A DNA stretch of 64,000 bases from Eledone cirrhosa (taxonomy: Eukaryota). Of this stretch, positions 11,917 through 26,155 are shown piece by piece (the stretch's first letter is position 1; each line of letters starts with the position of its first letter). The stretch is from positions 48,856,001 through 48,920,000 of the forward strand of contig OZ024748.1 in the NCBI GenBank assembly GCA_964016885.1, in the 5' to 3' direction. The position numbers were made by a program, and so were the translations under genes. Under the pieces are notes generated by a model. It searched no databases and was not told where the DNA came from. It was given only the letters and a program-made list of their open reading frames with translations.

Positions 11917-12727
11917 TAATTTTCAACAGCCACACATGGTTAAGCTGAAAATGTTCTAAAATGGGTTTGTTAATTCAAATGTTTATACTGTCTCTATTGG
12001 TAAACAGTTTGTTCTGAAAATTTGCAGTATTTGAGGGATACAGTCATAGTGCTGTTTTGTATTTTTGAAGATTGTCTTGTTAATGTGGTTTCATGTGGTT
12101 TATTCAAATGTTTGTAGCTTTTTAAAAATGTTTTACTAGTGAACAAGATGTGAAAATTTACAGTTTTAGAGTAAAAACTATATTTTTGATGTGATGTTGT
12201 CATAGTGCTGTTTTGTAATTTTGAAGAAAGCCTTGCTAATTTGATTTGTTAATTCAAATATTTATAGTATCTTTACTGGTGTCCAGATTGTTGTGAAATG
12301 TTGCAGTATTGGTATAAAAGACTAATTTTTGATGTGATGTCATGACTGTTTTGTAATATTCAAGAATGCCTTGCTAATGTGGTCTCATGTGGTTCAGGAC
12401 GTTAAGAGTTAAAGACATATCGGTAGAGTGTCTGAGACACTGTTTGAAGTCTGTTCTTGTGAACCATGTATCTAATGTTCCCACTACATGATACCATAGC
12501 TCCATATTTCTCAGCTTATATAACATGTTAATAACAGCTGTCCTCTAAATACAAAGACTGTAGAATGGTGGCAATGGTATATGTTCCACTGTCGTACACT
12601 GGCTTCCTGTGCTCACTGAAGACTGTGGCTTCGGGTAGTGTATGTAGAACAGGTCATCAGCACATGTACTGAACACTGTATGATATGGTCATTAATAATG
12701 AAGTAGCACTGTTGTATACATTTGTTG

Positions 12728-12921
12728 TATGAGGCTCGGCTGAAAAGTCCATAGGCTGCCCAAGATACTCTCATGGAATGACTAAATGGGGTTTATTTTT
12801 CAACATAGTCCCTGGAAAGAAACAATTAATAAGAAGAGTTAAAATTAATGTATACAAGATTTCACAGCTCTAGCATCACTCTTTCATAGTCAACCTATGT
12901 TCTTTTCAGCCCACCGTCATA
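12728..12921. mobile_element. Non-autonomous mariner-type element (MITE)
   Basis: TA-TGAGG..GGCTGAAAAGTCCATAGGCTG versus GTCAACCTATGTTCTTTTCAGCCC..TCA-TA imperfect TIRs. Confidence 0.65.
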
Positions 12922-13117
12922 TATAGATGCAGTATGGTCAAACAGTTGAGAAGTTCACTTTGCAATCATTAGATCCTAGGGTCAATCCTATAGCATGGCA
13001 TTTGGGTCAAGTGTTACTGGGTTGGCAGAAACTGTTTGGAAGCCCATCTGATTTGTACCAGTAATTCACTGGACCAACTTTGTCACACTGAGTCATGCTG
13101 AATTTCCCTGACAATCA

Positions 13118-13340
13118 CCGTATATATACTGGAATATAAGCCAAGGAACAAGTGACCAAAGCAATCAATGGTAAAATGTGGTGGGGTGGGGTTATATACA
13201 CCATCTAATCTAAACAATGAGTTAATTAACAGCCTTGGCTTGTAAATAGGGTTTGGACTTTTACCAATTTCTCAAGCATAAAATGGGGTGGGGTGGCCAG
13301 CTCATATTCAGATTGGCTTATATTTGAGTATATACGATAC
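13118..13340. mobile_element. pogo/Tc2-like MITE
   Basis: TIRs CCGTATATATACTGGAATATAAGCC / GGCTTATATTTGAGTATATACG; same family at 33839. Confidence 0.65.
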
Positions 13341-13503
13341 GTCAAGTGCCCACATATCTGTGGAATACTCAGCCACTTACACATTAATTTAATGAGCCAG
13401 CTGTACCATTGCTCCAACAACTGGAATTATAACTGGTTTTCTTTTTGATTTGATTTATTTAACAATAAATAGCAGTAAGTAATAAAAACAATTTATTTAT
13501 TAC

Positions 13504-13786
13504 CTCAGACCAGGTGATGTGTTGTTTCCTTGAGCAAGAGACTTTATTTCACATTGCTCCAGTTTACTCAGCTGTAGAAATGAGATGATAGGGACTGGGG
13601 TCCATATCATTCCACTGTAAAGTGGTCGTGGAGGTGCCACAGCAAAAAAGCACCCAGCACTCACTGTAAATGAGGTTGGTGTTAGGAAGGGCATCCAGCT
13701 GTAGAAATCAAGCCAGAATCAGTTCCCGTCCCACCCTTGCAAGCAGGGAAAAGTGGACGTAAAACGATGATGATGATGATGATGAT
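13504..13786 (+). mobile_element. SINE family A, 5'-truncated, (GAT)n tail
   Basis: Near-identical to 10101-10362. Confidence 0.9.
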
Positions 13787-14193
13787 TACCTATAAGGCAG
13801 AACATGTTCAACCATTCAGGCTTTTTAAAGTCATAGGTAGTAAGTACCTCTCCTAATATCCTCTTGTTTTTAGTTGCTTCAAACTTCTGTGTTTTTGTGT
13901 GGTAAGGAAGTGTAAGGAGAAGTTAGGTTTATACATTGGGAAGTAATTTTCCGTTTCTTCCTTTTCTCACTCTCCTCTTTCTTTCTATCTATCATTCTAC
14001 CCTCTGATGAAGGACTGACATCTGAAACGTTTAGTCTCTTTCTACTCTATCATGTGTTAAAGTAATGTATATCATCATTGTACTTTATCGTTTGTTAAAG
14101 TAATATATATATCTTTATTGTACTGTATCATTTTGCTGTGTTGTTTTCTGTTTACTTTTCATATACATATAAATGTGTATGTATGTATGTGCA

Positions 14194-14260
<67 letters not shown>

Positions 14261-15049
14261 CTGTTGTCCAATGGGAGATAGTATGTATGTGTGTGTGTGT
14301 GTGTGTTTGTAAGCATGTGTCTATGTGTGTGCATGTTGTCCAATGGGAGATAGTATGTGTTTGTAGGTATGTGTGTGTGTGTGTGTGTATATCTTGTCCA
14401 ATGGGAGATAGTGTGTGTGTGTGTGTGTGTGTGTGTTGTAGCAATATAGTAGGTGTGTGTGAGAGAGAGGGAAAGTGTGTAAACAGGTGTGTTAGCAGTG
14501 AGGAGGGAGGGTGTGTTGCCAAGGCGGTGGAAAGACAGCAATGTATTTATGTACAAAACATGAAAAATAACAAAAAATGAAATTGATACCTTTGATGTTA
14601 GAAGAAATTCTTTATAAAAACTAAAATAGGTTAAGTATCAATATCCTCTCCCCCTCCCCACTATTTCTACACCACCACCCTATCCCAACACCCCCTCCCC
14701 CCACTCTATTTCTACACTATCACCCCTATCCCAGCACCCTCTCTTCCTACTGCACCAGAATTTCTCTGTATAGTTGTTATATTGAATAATTTCAGTCTAT
14801 GTGACCTCATATTACCATACACAGTACACTTTGAAAAGCAGAAGTAGGTGAGATGGGAGTGAGAGAGAGAGAGAGAGGAATTCGGTTTATTTACAGTGAT
14901 TGATTATATTTTGATAACCAAACCACCTGAAACTGCCCTTGTTTTTATGTTACAAAACTCTTGTATTTTAACCTTATTTTATACCAAACCACCTGAAACT
15001 ATCTCTGGTTTTATGATACAAAACTGTTTTAACACTTTTGATAACCAAT

Positions 15050-15398
15050 GTATGTGCAATATCAATATGAATGAATGACCAAGCATGGACGAGTTGAGAG
15101 AGAAACTGTGTATAAGAGGAATAAACTGTAGTGTGCAGGAGAGAAGACTGCATTGGTATGGCCATACAATGCGCATGGAATATGATTGCTGGGTAAAGAA
15201 GTGCCAAGAAATCCCAATGGAAGGAAGGCGCAATAGAAGATGATGGAAGACACGGGCGAAGGTGGTGAGAGCAGACCTCAGATCGCTGAAGCTCACGGAG
15301 GAGATAACAAAGGACCATGACAAATGGAGAGATGCCGTGCTGAAGAGTAATGGCCACCGTTGTAAGCAGGGAAAAGCAGACCTAAAATGATGATGATG
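15050..15398 (+). mobile_element. RTE LINE 3' fragment (degenerate)
   Basis: Encodes ELREKLCIRGINCSVQERRLHWYGHTMRM, homologous to the C-terminus of ORF 46976-50230; ends with (GAT)n. Confidence 0.8.
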
Positions 15399-15487
15399 TG
15401 AGGCACTATATTTAGCTTCCTTAGCAACCACATGAAGAATTTCACATTAGCTCTTCACATGTAAAGGGTTTGTAAATTTCTTAAACA

Positions 15488-15685
15488 TTGGCACAAGGCC
15501 AGTAATTTGAGGGAAAGTATAAGTCAATTATATCGATTCGTTAACTCCAGTACGTAACAGGTACTTTATTATCTCTGGTATCATGAATGGCAATGTTGAA
15601 GCCGGCAGAATTTGAACTCAGAAAGTCATAACTAAACACTGCAAGGCATTTTGTCTGACATTCTACTCTCCCAATATTGCCAATC
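15488..15685 (-). mobile_element. Diverged SINE family B
   Basis: TTGGCACAAGGCCAG...GTACTTTATT...GAATTTGAACTCAGAA. Confidence 0.6.
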
Positions 15686-16271
15686 CCCGCTTGCTCCAGT
15701 ATGAGCCAATAATGGGACTTCTACTGATACTAACCCCCCCCCCCCCCCCCCCCACACACACACTGTATGAGCCAACAATGGATCCTTTACTGATACTACG
15801 AATCTACCCCCCTTGTATGAGTGAGTCTATAATGGGAATTCTACTGATACTGTCTATCTAGCCCCCTTGTAAAGTCCTTAATTGAATGATATTTGGAAAT
15901 AGTGTTCATTGTACAATGTCATATAAGACACTTGTACACCAATAATAGGAATTGTAAATGGAACAAAGATGATCCTCTCTGTTCAATAATGAAACAATGA
16001 AGTGTCATGTTGTAACCCCTAATCTCTCATAAGAGTACTTCTCACAGATATCATTATTATATTATGGTGATTTCAGCATTGTGGACATGTTCCCATATAT
16101 TGATATATTAATGTTTAGCTGTTGACAATAATATCTTGTCAAGAATTAATCAAGGCAAAGAGATAAAGGATTTCACATTGAGCTGTGAAACAACAATTAC
16201 TTCCCTTTAGACAGTTGGTGATATCATCTTCGACAGAGCTTATTCAGATGCTTATTAAATATCCAATTAAA

Positions 16272-16600
16272 TCATCATTGCCACCATCATCATCACCACC
16301 ACCACCACCACCACCACTGTCATCATCATCACCATCCACCATCATCATCACCACCACCACCATTGTCATCATCATCATCACCACCACCACTGTCATCATC
16401 ATCATCATCATCATCATTATCATTGTCATCACCACCTCCACCACCACCACCACTACCATCATCATTGTCATCATCATCATTGTCATCATCATTGTCATCA
16501 CCGTCATCATCATCACCGTCATCACCGTCATCATCATCACCATCATCATCACCACCACCACCACCATCATCACCACCACCACCACCACCATCATCATCAC

Positions 16601-16642
<42 letters not shown>

Positions 16643-16692
16643 CTCTACCCTTGTTATCATCACTATCATCGCCATTGTCTCCGTCATCATCA
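16272..16692. repeat. (CAT/CAC)n repeat, probably an expanded RTE tail
   Basis: Abuts the RTE-like 3' terminus at 16690-16730. Confidence 0.85.
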
Positions 16693-19322
16693 CTTTTACA
16701 TCCATATGTTCAACTTTCCCCTATTTACATGTGTTAACCTCGTCTCCTCCAACACAGCATCCCTCCACTTACATGTGTTAACCTCGTCTCCTCCAACACA
16801 GCATCCCTCCACTTACATGTGTTAACCTCGTCTCCTCCAACACAGCATCCCTCCACTTACATGTGTTAACCTCGTCTCCTCCAACACAGCATCCCTCCAC
16901 TTACATGTGTTAACCTCGTCTCCTCCAACACAGCATCCCTCCACTTACATGTGTTAACCTCGTCTCCTCCAACACAGCATCCCTCCACTTACATGTGTTA
17001 ACCTCGTCTCCTCCAACACAGCATCCCTCCACTTACATGTGTTAACCTGGTCTCCTCCAACACAGCATCCCTCCACTTACATGTGTTAACCTCGTCTCCT
17101 CCAACACAGCATCCCTCCACTTACATGTGTTAACCTCGTCTCCTCCAACACAGCATCCCTCCACTTACATGTGTTAACCTCGTCTCCTCCAACACAGCAT
17201 CCCTCCACTTACATGTGTTAACCTCGTCTCCTCCAACACAGCATCCCTCCACTTACATGTGTTAACCTCGTCTCCTCCAACACAGCATCCCTCCACTTAC
17301 ATGTGTTAACCTCGTCTCCTCCAACAGAGCATCCCTCCACTTACATGTGTTAACCTGGTCTCCTCCAACACAGCATCCCTCCACTTACATGTGTTAACCT
17401 CGTCTCCTCCAACACAGCATCCCTCCACTTACATGTGTTAACCTGGTCTCCTCCAACACAGCATCCATCCACTTACATCTGTTAACCTCGTCTCCTCCAA
17501 CACAGCATCCCTCCACTTACATGTGTTAACCTCGTCTCCTCCAACACAGCATCCCTCCACTTACATGTGTTAACCTCGTCTCCTCCAACACAGCATCCCT
17601 CCACTTACATGTGTTAACCTCGTCTCCTCCAACACAGCATCCCTCCACTTACATGTGTTAACCTCATCTTCTCCAACACAGCATCCCTCCACTTACATGT
17701 GTTAACCTCGTCTCCTCCAACACAGCATCCCTCCACTTACATGTGTTAACCTGGTCTCCTCCAACACAGCATCCCTCCACTTACATGTGTTAACCTCGTC
17801 TCCTCCAACACAGCATCCATCCACTTACATCTGTTAACCTCGTCTCCTCTAACACAGCATCCCTCCACTTACATGTGTTAACCTCGTCTCCTCCAACACA
17901 GCATCCCTCCACTTACATGTGTTAACCTCGTCTCCTCCAACACAGCATCCCTCCACTTACATCTGTTAACCTCGTCTCCTCCAACACAGCATCCCTCCAC
18001 TTACATGTGTTAACCTCGTCTTCTCCAACACAGCATCCCTCCACTTACATGTGTTAACCTCGTCTCCTCCAACACAGCATCCCTCCACTTACATCTGTTA
18101 ACCTCGTCTCCTCCAACACAGCATCCCTCCACTTACATCTGTTAACCTCGTCTCCTCCAACACAGCATCCCTCCACTTACATGTGTTAACCTCGTCTTCT
18201 CCAACACAGCATCCCTCCACTTACATGTGTTAACCTGGTCTCCTCCAACACAGCATCCATCCACTTACATCTGTTAACCTCGTCTCCTCCAACACAGCAT
18301 CCCTCCACTTACATGTGTTAACCTCGTCTCCTCCAACACAGCATCCCTCCACTTACATGTGTTAACCTCGTCTCCTCCAACACAGCAACCCTCCACTTAC
18401 ATGTGTTAACCTCGTCTTCTCCAACACAGCATCCCTCCACTTACATGTGTTAACCTCGTCTTCTCCAACACAGCATCCCTCCACTTACATGTGATAACCT
18501 CGTCTCCTCCAACACAGCATCCCTCCACTTACATCTGTTAACCTCGTCTTCTCCAACACAGCATCCCTCCACTTACATGTGTTAACCTCGTCTCCTCCAA
18601 CACAGCATCCCTCCACTTACATGTGTTAACCTCGTCTCCTCCAACACAGCATCCCTCCACTTACATGTGTTAACCTCGTCTTCTCCAACACAGCATCCCT
18701 CCACTTACATGTGTTAACCTCGTCTCCTCCAACACAGCATCCCTCCACTTACATGTGTTAACCTCGTCTCCTCCAACACAGCATCCATCCACTTACATGT
18801 GTTAACCTCGTCTCCTCCAACACAGCATCCCTCCACTTACATGTGTTAACCTCGTCTCCTCCAACACAGCATCCCTCCACTTACATGTGTTAACCTCGTC
18901 TTCTCCAACACAGCATCCCTCCACTTACATGTGTTAACCTCGTCTCCTCCAACACAGCATCCATCCACTTACATCTGTTAACCTCGTCTCCTCCAACACA
19001 GCATCCCTCCACTTACATGTGTTAACCTGGTCTCCTCCAACACAGCATCCCTCCACTTACATGTGTTAACCTCGTCTCCTCCAACACAGCATCCATCCAC
19101 TTACATGTGTTAACCTCGTCTCCTCCAACACAGCATCCATCCACTTACATCTGTTAACCTCGTCTCCTCCAACACAGCATCCCTCCACTTGTACTTCTGT
19201 CATCTTCTGTTCATCATCCTCAGATCCACTTTCGCCTCTTCTGTCCAAGTCCTCCTTGGTCAGCCTCTTCTACATCTTCCTTCCACTAGCAACTCTTGCC
19301 ATTTCTTCACACAACAACCAAC
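16690..19322 (-). mobile_element. RTE 3' fragment split by the 44-bp array
   Basis: 19190-19322 (-) aligns with 15190-15330; the unit reads WRDAVLEETRLTHV; 16690-16725 is the RTE terminus. Confidence 0.7.
16725..19190. repeat. 44-bp minisatellite, ~56 copies
   Basis: Unit TTACATGTGTTAACCTCGTCTCCTCCAACACAGCATCCCTCCAC; period 16741 to 16785. Confidence 0.97.
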
Positions 19323-19518
19323 GGAATCCTTGTTGGTGTGTTGAAAACAGCCAGGAGAAGGGGTAGGGGGAGGATGTAGGGAGAAGGAAGAGAAGAGTAT
19401 GAGGAGAGGGTGTGGAAGGGAGAGAAGATGAGGAGAAGGAAGAGGAATAAGCTAATAAACAATTATCCTCTACTATGGTATCCAGCACTCATTCTCATGA
19501 TTGCCAATGGATCTATAT

Positions 19519-19559
<41 letters not shown>

Positions 19560-19888
19560 CCTCTCCCCCCCCCCCCTCTCTCATCTAACCTACAGTTGAA
19601 GAAACAAGTATTGTTTTTCATGTCTGAGCAAGACACTGTCATTTGATTTGGTTTGTCTGACAATAGGAGAACTCAATAAGCCCACTAAATACATGTACAG
19701 GCCTTTTGATAAGAGCCGAGAATTTAATGTGTTTATCATATTTTTCAATTTACAGGAAAACTTTTATTTTCTGTCATGTCTACATGCCTACATATTAGAT
19801 ATGTGTATATATTTATATACACATTGATGCTGTCTCAGTTACCCACTCTGTATTTATACAGATATAACTTCAGCTTAGTAGCACACTT

Positions 19889-19928
<40 letters not shown>

Positions 19929-19964
19929 ACCCTTTCTCTGTAAAGTTATGTTGGTACCATAATA

Positions 19965-20244
19965 GAACATCCAGTCCACACTAAAGTGGTCATGTAGGTG
20001 TCACAACAAAAGGCACCCAGTCCACACTGTAAAGTGGTCGTGTAGGAGACATGGTAAAAAGGCTCCCAGTCCACACTGTAAATGTGGTTGGTGTTAGGAA
20101 GGGCATCCAGCCGTAGAAAACCTGCCAGATACAGTCCGATACAAGCGAGACACGGACACCCATTCAATCTTGCCTCAAGTGGGGTAATTCCCCTCTAACA
20201 CATGCTAGCGTGGAAGATAGACGTTAAACGCTGATGATGATGAT
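19965..20244 (+). mobile_element. RTE 3' UTR / SINE-tail fragment; second tail at 20348-20396
   Basis: GTTAGGAAGGGCATCCAGCCGTAGAAAACCTGCCAGA...CATGCTAGCGTGGAA..GACGTTAAACG(ATG)n matches 46623-46870 reverse complement. Confidence 0.8.
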
Positions 20245-20827
20245 ATACACTAGACTACTCACGACCCAACGGGTAACGGGAGGTCTAGTTGTTACCTGTC
20301 TTAGTGTTTCTTTTCATTTTATCTCGTCGGAATTAATATTTTCTCATATCCATGCTAGCATGGAAGATGGACGTTAAACGAAGGTGATGATGATGCTGTT
20401 ACATTTTCTGATTCAAACAATGTCAGCTCTTCCTCAGCGAGTAATTTAGGATCTTGCAAGGTTTATACTCACCGGAAACATACCTAAATTCTAAGATGGA
20501 GGTCTTAGACATTGTTTGAATCAGAAGGCCCACCTTTTATCCAACTGGAAGCCCCCACTAGTTTTATCAGTCTGTCTAAGGTAAAAGGTGTTCAAGAATA
20601 TCTCGGTGTATCAATTATTTATATCTTTGGTAAATTTTATCATTTGCTTTGCTGCACAAATTTTAGATATTTGAAACATGCAAATGGTATAAACATGGGA
20701 GAAAAGTGTTAAAGACAAAGTCTTGTTCTCAACCAGAAGCTAATCAAGTTCTGTAGATTTAACATCATAAATTGGTTGTCTTTTTGTCAACCATTCTAAG
20801 ATTTATGTCAAACAATATCAAGTATGA

Positions 20828-21128
20828 TTATCAAACTATTTCCACTGTAATTTATCTTAACTAAACCTTTAAAGTGATAAGAATGATTTATTGAAATCTA
20901 ATATAAAGTGTGCATTATAGTTCTCTTAGCTTTCATTGTGATAATCTACTCAAGAATGTAAAACTTAACGAGCCAGCAAAGAATGGTTTCTTCTCTTTGA
21001 AAAGCATTGATCAATTAAATCATTTTAATATTTACAATAAAGTTAAGCAAATATGCAGAAATATATCAGAATTTAAATTTCATATTCCACTTCATTAAAT
21101 AACCAATGGCTTTTGTGTAATCTCTCCC

Positions 21129-21161
<33 letters not shown>

Positions 21162-21193
21162 GCCAATGATGTTCCTTTCCCTTGGTCTCATCT
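20828..21193 (+). repeat. Left arm of a long-range inverted repeat (partner 34220-34596)
   Basis: Reverse complement of 34296-34596; ORF track gives the identical 62-aa peptide at 20910+ and 34326-. Confidence 0.95.
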
Positions 21194-21567
21194 TCTTCCC
21201 CTCCTCCCTTAATCAGTGGTTTCTCTCTCTTGTGCCCCCCCCCCCCCCCTGCAGCCCTGATAATAGCTGGGAATGACAAAGGTGGTGGGGAAGAGGGGAG
21301 GTTACTGATTTTGACTTCAATGTTTTAAATTTTTAGATCAATGGCAGTTAAAATAAATTCTTGATATTTCGATAATTCATTTAAATGTATGAATGAGGAT
21401 GATAATAATTTCAAAGATTTTGTGTGTAGAGAATATAAGGGAAGATTTGGGTGTGTTAGGATTGGTGAAGGAGTTGTGATAGTAACAACTGTTTATTAGA
21501 ACCCCTGCTCCTTATGGAGGAGAGATCTCCACTCAGTACTGATGCCTTGTCATAAGCCTGCTCCTCC

Positions 21568-21967
21568 CAGACCAGGTCCTTGTCTACAAGGCCCGAATCT
21601 ACCAGGCCCTCGTCTACCAGGTCCTTGTCTACCAGGTCCTTGTCTGCCAGGTCCTCGTCTGCCAGGTCCTCGTCTGCCAGGCCCTCGTCTACCAGGCCCT
21701 CGTCTATCAGGCCCTCGTCTACCAGGCCCTCGTCTACCAGGCCCTCGTCTACCAGGCCCTCGTCTACCTGGTCCTCGTCTACCTGGTCCTCGTCTACCAG
21801 GTCCTCGTCTACCAGGTCCTTGTCTACCAGGCCCTCGTCTACCAGGCCCTCGTCTACCAGGCCCTCGTCTACCAGGTCCTTGTCTACCGGGTCCTTGTCT
21901 ACCTGGCCCTCATCTACCATGTGCTTATCTTCCAAGTCCTCATCTATCAGGTCCTTGTTGACCAGGT
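21568..21967. repeat. 15-bp minisatellite (CCAGGCCCTCGTCTA)
   Basis: Seen directly; unit divisible by 3 gives open repetitive frames. Confidence 0.9.
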
Positions 21968-21994
21968 CTTAATAGATCTGCTTCATCTCTTATG

Positions 21995-22150
21995 CTCCTA
22001 ACTTTCTGGCCTTCTCTGCAGGGAGAAGCCCTCGTTGGTCAAACATCTTCTTCCATCTTACAGTGACCGTATCCCATAGACTACTCAGCCGGACCCTGCC
22101 AATGACCTCTTCATTTGTGATGTGGCCACACCAATCTTGGTATGGTCCTA
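21995..22150 (-). mobile_element. Degenerate RTE-like LINE remnant
   Basis: W.GHITNEEVIGRVRLSSL matches the RTE W.D.ITN.EVL motif. Confidence 0.55.
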
Positions 22151-22805
22151 AGACAATGTCTCTGGAAGACAGCTGCAGCTCTAAAGATTCTGTTGGTCTT
22201 TCTCCATTTCTCACAGACACAAGTTACTTTTGGTACAACAATTGGTGTATACAGATAAGGTTTATTTTGTGCCTTGGTTAATGGAGGATTTAGAGCATAC
22301 AGGCTTCAGACTCAGCTCTCTCCATTCCTTACAAACACAAGTGCTACAACAATTGGTGTAATATAGACAGGGTTTTATACCTTGAGTTATGGAGGAATTG
22401 AATCATACAGGCTTTATCCATTTCTCACAAAAACAATTGATGTATACACGTAGAGTTTGGTGCTTTGGGGGTAGGATAATAGGAAAATCTAACCAGTACA
22501 TAGGCAGGCAGTTTGACATTGCTGTTGTGGTTGTTGTTTAGCCCCCCCCCCCCCCCCCTCCCTCCCCTGCCTTAGTAGAATTATGTTTAATGACATTCCA
22601 AATGTGGCCATCATCAATTTTTTTCAAGCCTAATGTATCCATATATTTGCAAAACAAATACAAAAACAAACCATACACACATATATTTTTTCTATGTATC
22701 CACACACACACGTACCCACACACGCACGCACACACACATATGTATTTTATTATTTATCTATTTATTGGCGTTCCAGCTGAGGGGCTGAGGCCATGCTGTG
22801 GCACC

Positions 22806-22886
<81 letters not shown>

Positions 22887-23304
22887 ACAAGTATGTTTTG
22901 TATGTGTACAAAAGGAAAAAAAACTGGAGAAGTTGACAGCTAAACAGTATAACAAAAAAAAACTCCCCCCTCTTTTTTATATTCTCTGCGGGGTGGGGGA
23001 GAAAGAAGGAAAGAGGGGTAAAAGCAAATTCCTTAATTAGCTAATATATCCAGCTCTGCTAGTTTCTATACACAACACAGCAATACCAGCATTTCTTAGT
23101 TAAAACAACTTATAGAAAAGTTGAACAAAACAACTTTATTGCCTGTTTACTCAAAATAGATTACATTAAAAATAAAAATAAAATAAAAGGAGAGAAACAT
23201 TTTATATATTTCTTTTTTATCTCAGCTAAATCAAAATGAAAGATAAGATTCTATTACCTCCCCTTTTTTATTTTAGTCTTATTCTATCTCACTTTTAGAC
23301 CCTC

Positions 23305-23590
23305 CCGTTCTCTCTGCTCTCTCTCTCTCTCCTCTCTCTCTCCTCTCTCCGCTCTCTCTATCTCTCTCTCTCTCCTCCCCTCTCTCTCTCTCTCTCCGCT
23401 TTCTCTCTCTCTCTCTCCCCGCTTTCTCTCTCTGCTTTCTCTCTCTCTCTCTCTCTCTCTGCTCTCTCTCTGCCCTCTCTGCTCTCTCTCTGCCCTCTCT
23501 CTGCTCTCTCTCTGCCCTCTCTCTGCCCTCTCTCTCTGCCCTCTCTCTGCCCTCTCTCTCTCTCTCTCTCGTTCTCTCTCACTCTCTTTT
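23305..23590. repeat. (CT)n-rich compound microsatellite
   Basis: Seen directly. Confidence 0.9.
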
Positions 23591-24179
23591 ATTTCTTTTC
23601 TTTCATTTTATCTTTTACTTCCCCTCTTTCTCTCTCTGCTCTTTATCTCCCTCTCTTTATAATCCCTTTCTCTCTTCCTTCTATTTCTGCTTCCTCTATC
23701 TTCTTGATTTTACTCCCTTTTTCTCCTCCTCCTTCCCATTTCAGTCTGTATCTTTACTCCCCCTCTCTTTCTCTCGCCTCTATTTACACCCCCCCCCTCC
23801 TCATTTCAGTCTCTATCTTTACTCTCCCCCCTCCCCTATACTTACTCTACCTTATACTTATACTGTTCTCCCACCCACTTATCAATTTTTTTTCTTTTTC
23901 TATCTCACTATCTCTTACTTTGCTTCTGTCTATGTCCTTATCTTACACACACACTCATTTACACATATATATACATATATACAAGCTAACACACTCTGTC
24001 TCCCCCTCTATCTATCTATCTGTTTATCTATTTATATGTCTATATCTATCTGTCTGTCAGTCTATCTATCTGTCTATCTGTTTATACATCTCTCTCCCTA
24101 GGGCCACAAAAGCCATATCATGATCTATAGTAATTCCTTTAGCATTTCTTTCTCAGTGGTGTTGGGGACATTAGTGTAT

Positions 24180-24218
<39 letters not shown>

Positions 24219-24439
24219 AGAGAGATGGGGAGAGAAGAGAGAGACTGTTGATTTAAAAAAATACCATGAGTCATAACTATACTAGGTGTAAACAAATATA
24301 TTTACTTACTTTTTTGTCCTATTGTGTGTGTATGTGTGCATGTGTTTGTGTATATGTGTTTGTGTGTATGTGTGTTAACTGCTATCATTTTGCATTTATT
24401 TAATTTCATAACCAATATTAAAATTCAGAGCTGCTTTGC

Positions 24440-24476
<37 letters not shown>

Positions 24477-26155
24477 GAAAACGACCGAACAAAACAGAAG
24501 AGGCATTTGATAGAATAATGAGAAAAACTCAATGCAAAGATAGCTACCAAAACAGCAAAATGGCGTTGGGTAAAATCTTACTTCAATGGACAGGAATAAA
24601 TTACTAAAAGTGTATTGACCCACAGATGTGATGGAGAGAGGGGAGCAAGCGAAGAAAATGAAAATGAACGTGACAAAATCACACAAACATCACATTACAT
24701 CATCAGCCCTCATACTGGAATGTAGTTTCGCACAAATTAAATTTGAGGGTACTACATATAATTGCTGGTTTGTGCAACAGAAAATAAATATTTCTGCTTG
24801 CATGATGTATGTTTGGTAAAATGAACAAATGAGATGGACAGACAGATAGATCGGAGGGAGAGAAGTAGGAAGTGTCTGTTCCACATCAAGTCACAGCTAG
24901 AAAGGACAACAAGACCTAGAGCAGCAGAAGTGGTAGCAAATGAAACTTCGATGCTTTTAGTTACATTCCACATCAAGGCTATGCCTTAGACCCTTTAATT
25001 CGAATTTCTTCAATGAACAAAATTTGACCAAATTGGGGTGCTAAAAAATGATATGGTGAGTCAACTGGATTGTGCTGTTTAAATGAAAAGATTAAGTTTA
25101 ATGCTACCACTTGAAATAAAATTTTGCTGGAGATAGATTAGCAAAATTGAATAAGTGGAGGGGGTGGGGATCTGAAAAATTAATTGGGAGGAGGGGTTAT
25201 TCAAGACCCGAGAGTATGTAAATAAGACGGGGAAATTGTTTTGATGTTATGTCTATTAAAAAGGTTTTGAAGTGTCAAAAGTTTCTCCTGATATGCAATG
25301 TGTTGTTTATACCAAGATGTGTAATGTGAGTGTGTAAAGGTTGGGTCTAGAGGATGTGAAACCCATCCCATATTAAGGGTTAGAGCCTGGAGTGGGTGAT
25401 ATTTTTCAAGGGACAAGTAAGAATCTTCCTCAGTATCTTTTTTAGTAGGGTGCTCTACCAGAGGCCTGACATACAAGCCTGTCTTCTATTGAGTACATTT
25501 TATCATGGCACAGTACTAGGGAGGTTGTCATGTCTTTGGCACACTTTGTTTGGCAGGTTTTCTATGGCTGGATTTCCTTCCTATCACCAAGCACTTTACA
25601 GAGTGTACTGGGTGTGTTTGTCATGGTGCTAATACTAAGGAGGTTGTCATTTCTCTGATCCATCCAGTGCTCCCCCTTCTCTGGTAATGGTCCTGACAAA
25701 TATGCATACTATGGGCTTCCGCACCATTCCTGTCTACTAATTTCACCCACAAGGTTCCACATGGTGGCATCAAACTTGAAACCACGTGTTTGTGAAGGGA
25801 ACTTTTTAACCACACAACCAAGCTTACACCTATACACACACGTATGTGTCAGTACATAGACACACAACACACACATACATGTGGCGGTATACATACACAC
25901 ACACACACACACATATATATATACACATTTTGGGTGGGGTGTACTCTCACACACGCTAACACAAACATATATATTTCATTGATTCACAAGATGAAATAAA
26001 AATCTCCCCAACTTAATTTAAATTAGAAATGTTCTTTTAGTTTTCTCAAATTATTAATAATTCAGTTACGTGTGAAATGGAAGTTACTCTGTAATGAGAA
26101 AATTGAATCAATAGGGCAAATTTTCAGTAAATGGAACATTCTAGACAACATGAAT

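Noticed and set aside
21456-21972. PGPRL / DEGLV / STRPS repeat ORFs
   Set aside because: 15-bp minisatellite open in several frames; no splice signals or homology recognised
24475-24990. Non-repetitive stretch as a candidate exon between the inverted arms
   Set aside because: Stops in the frames checked, no convincing splice sites and no recognisable motif
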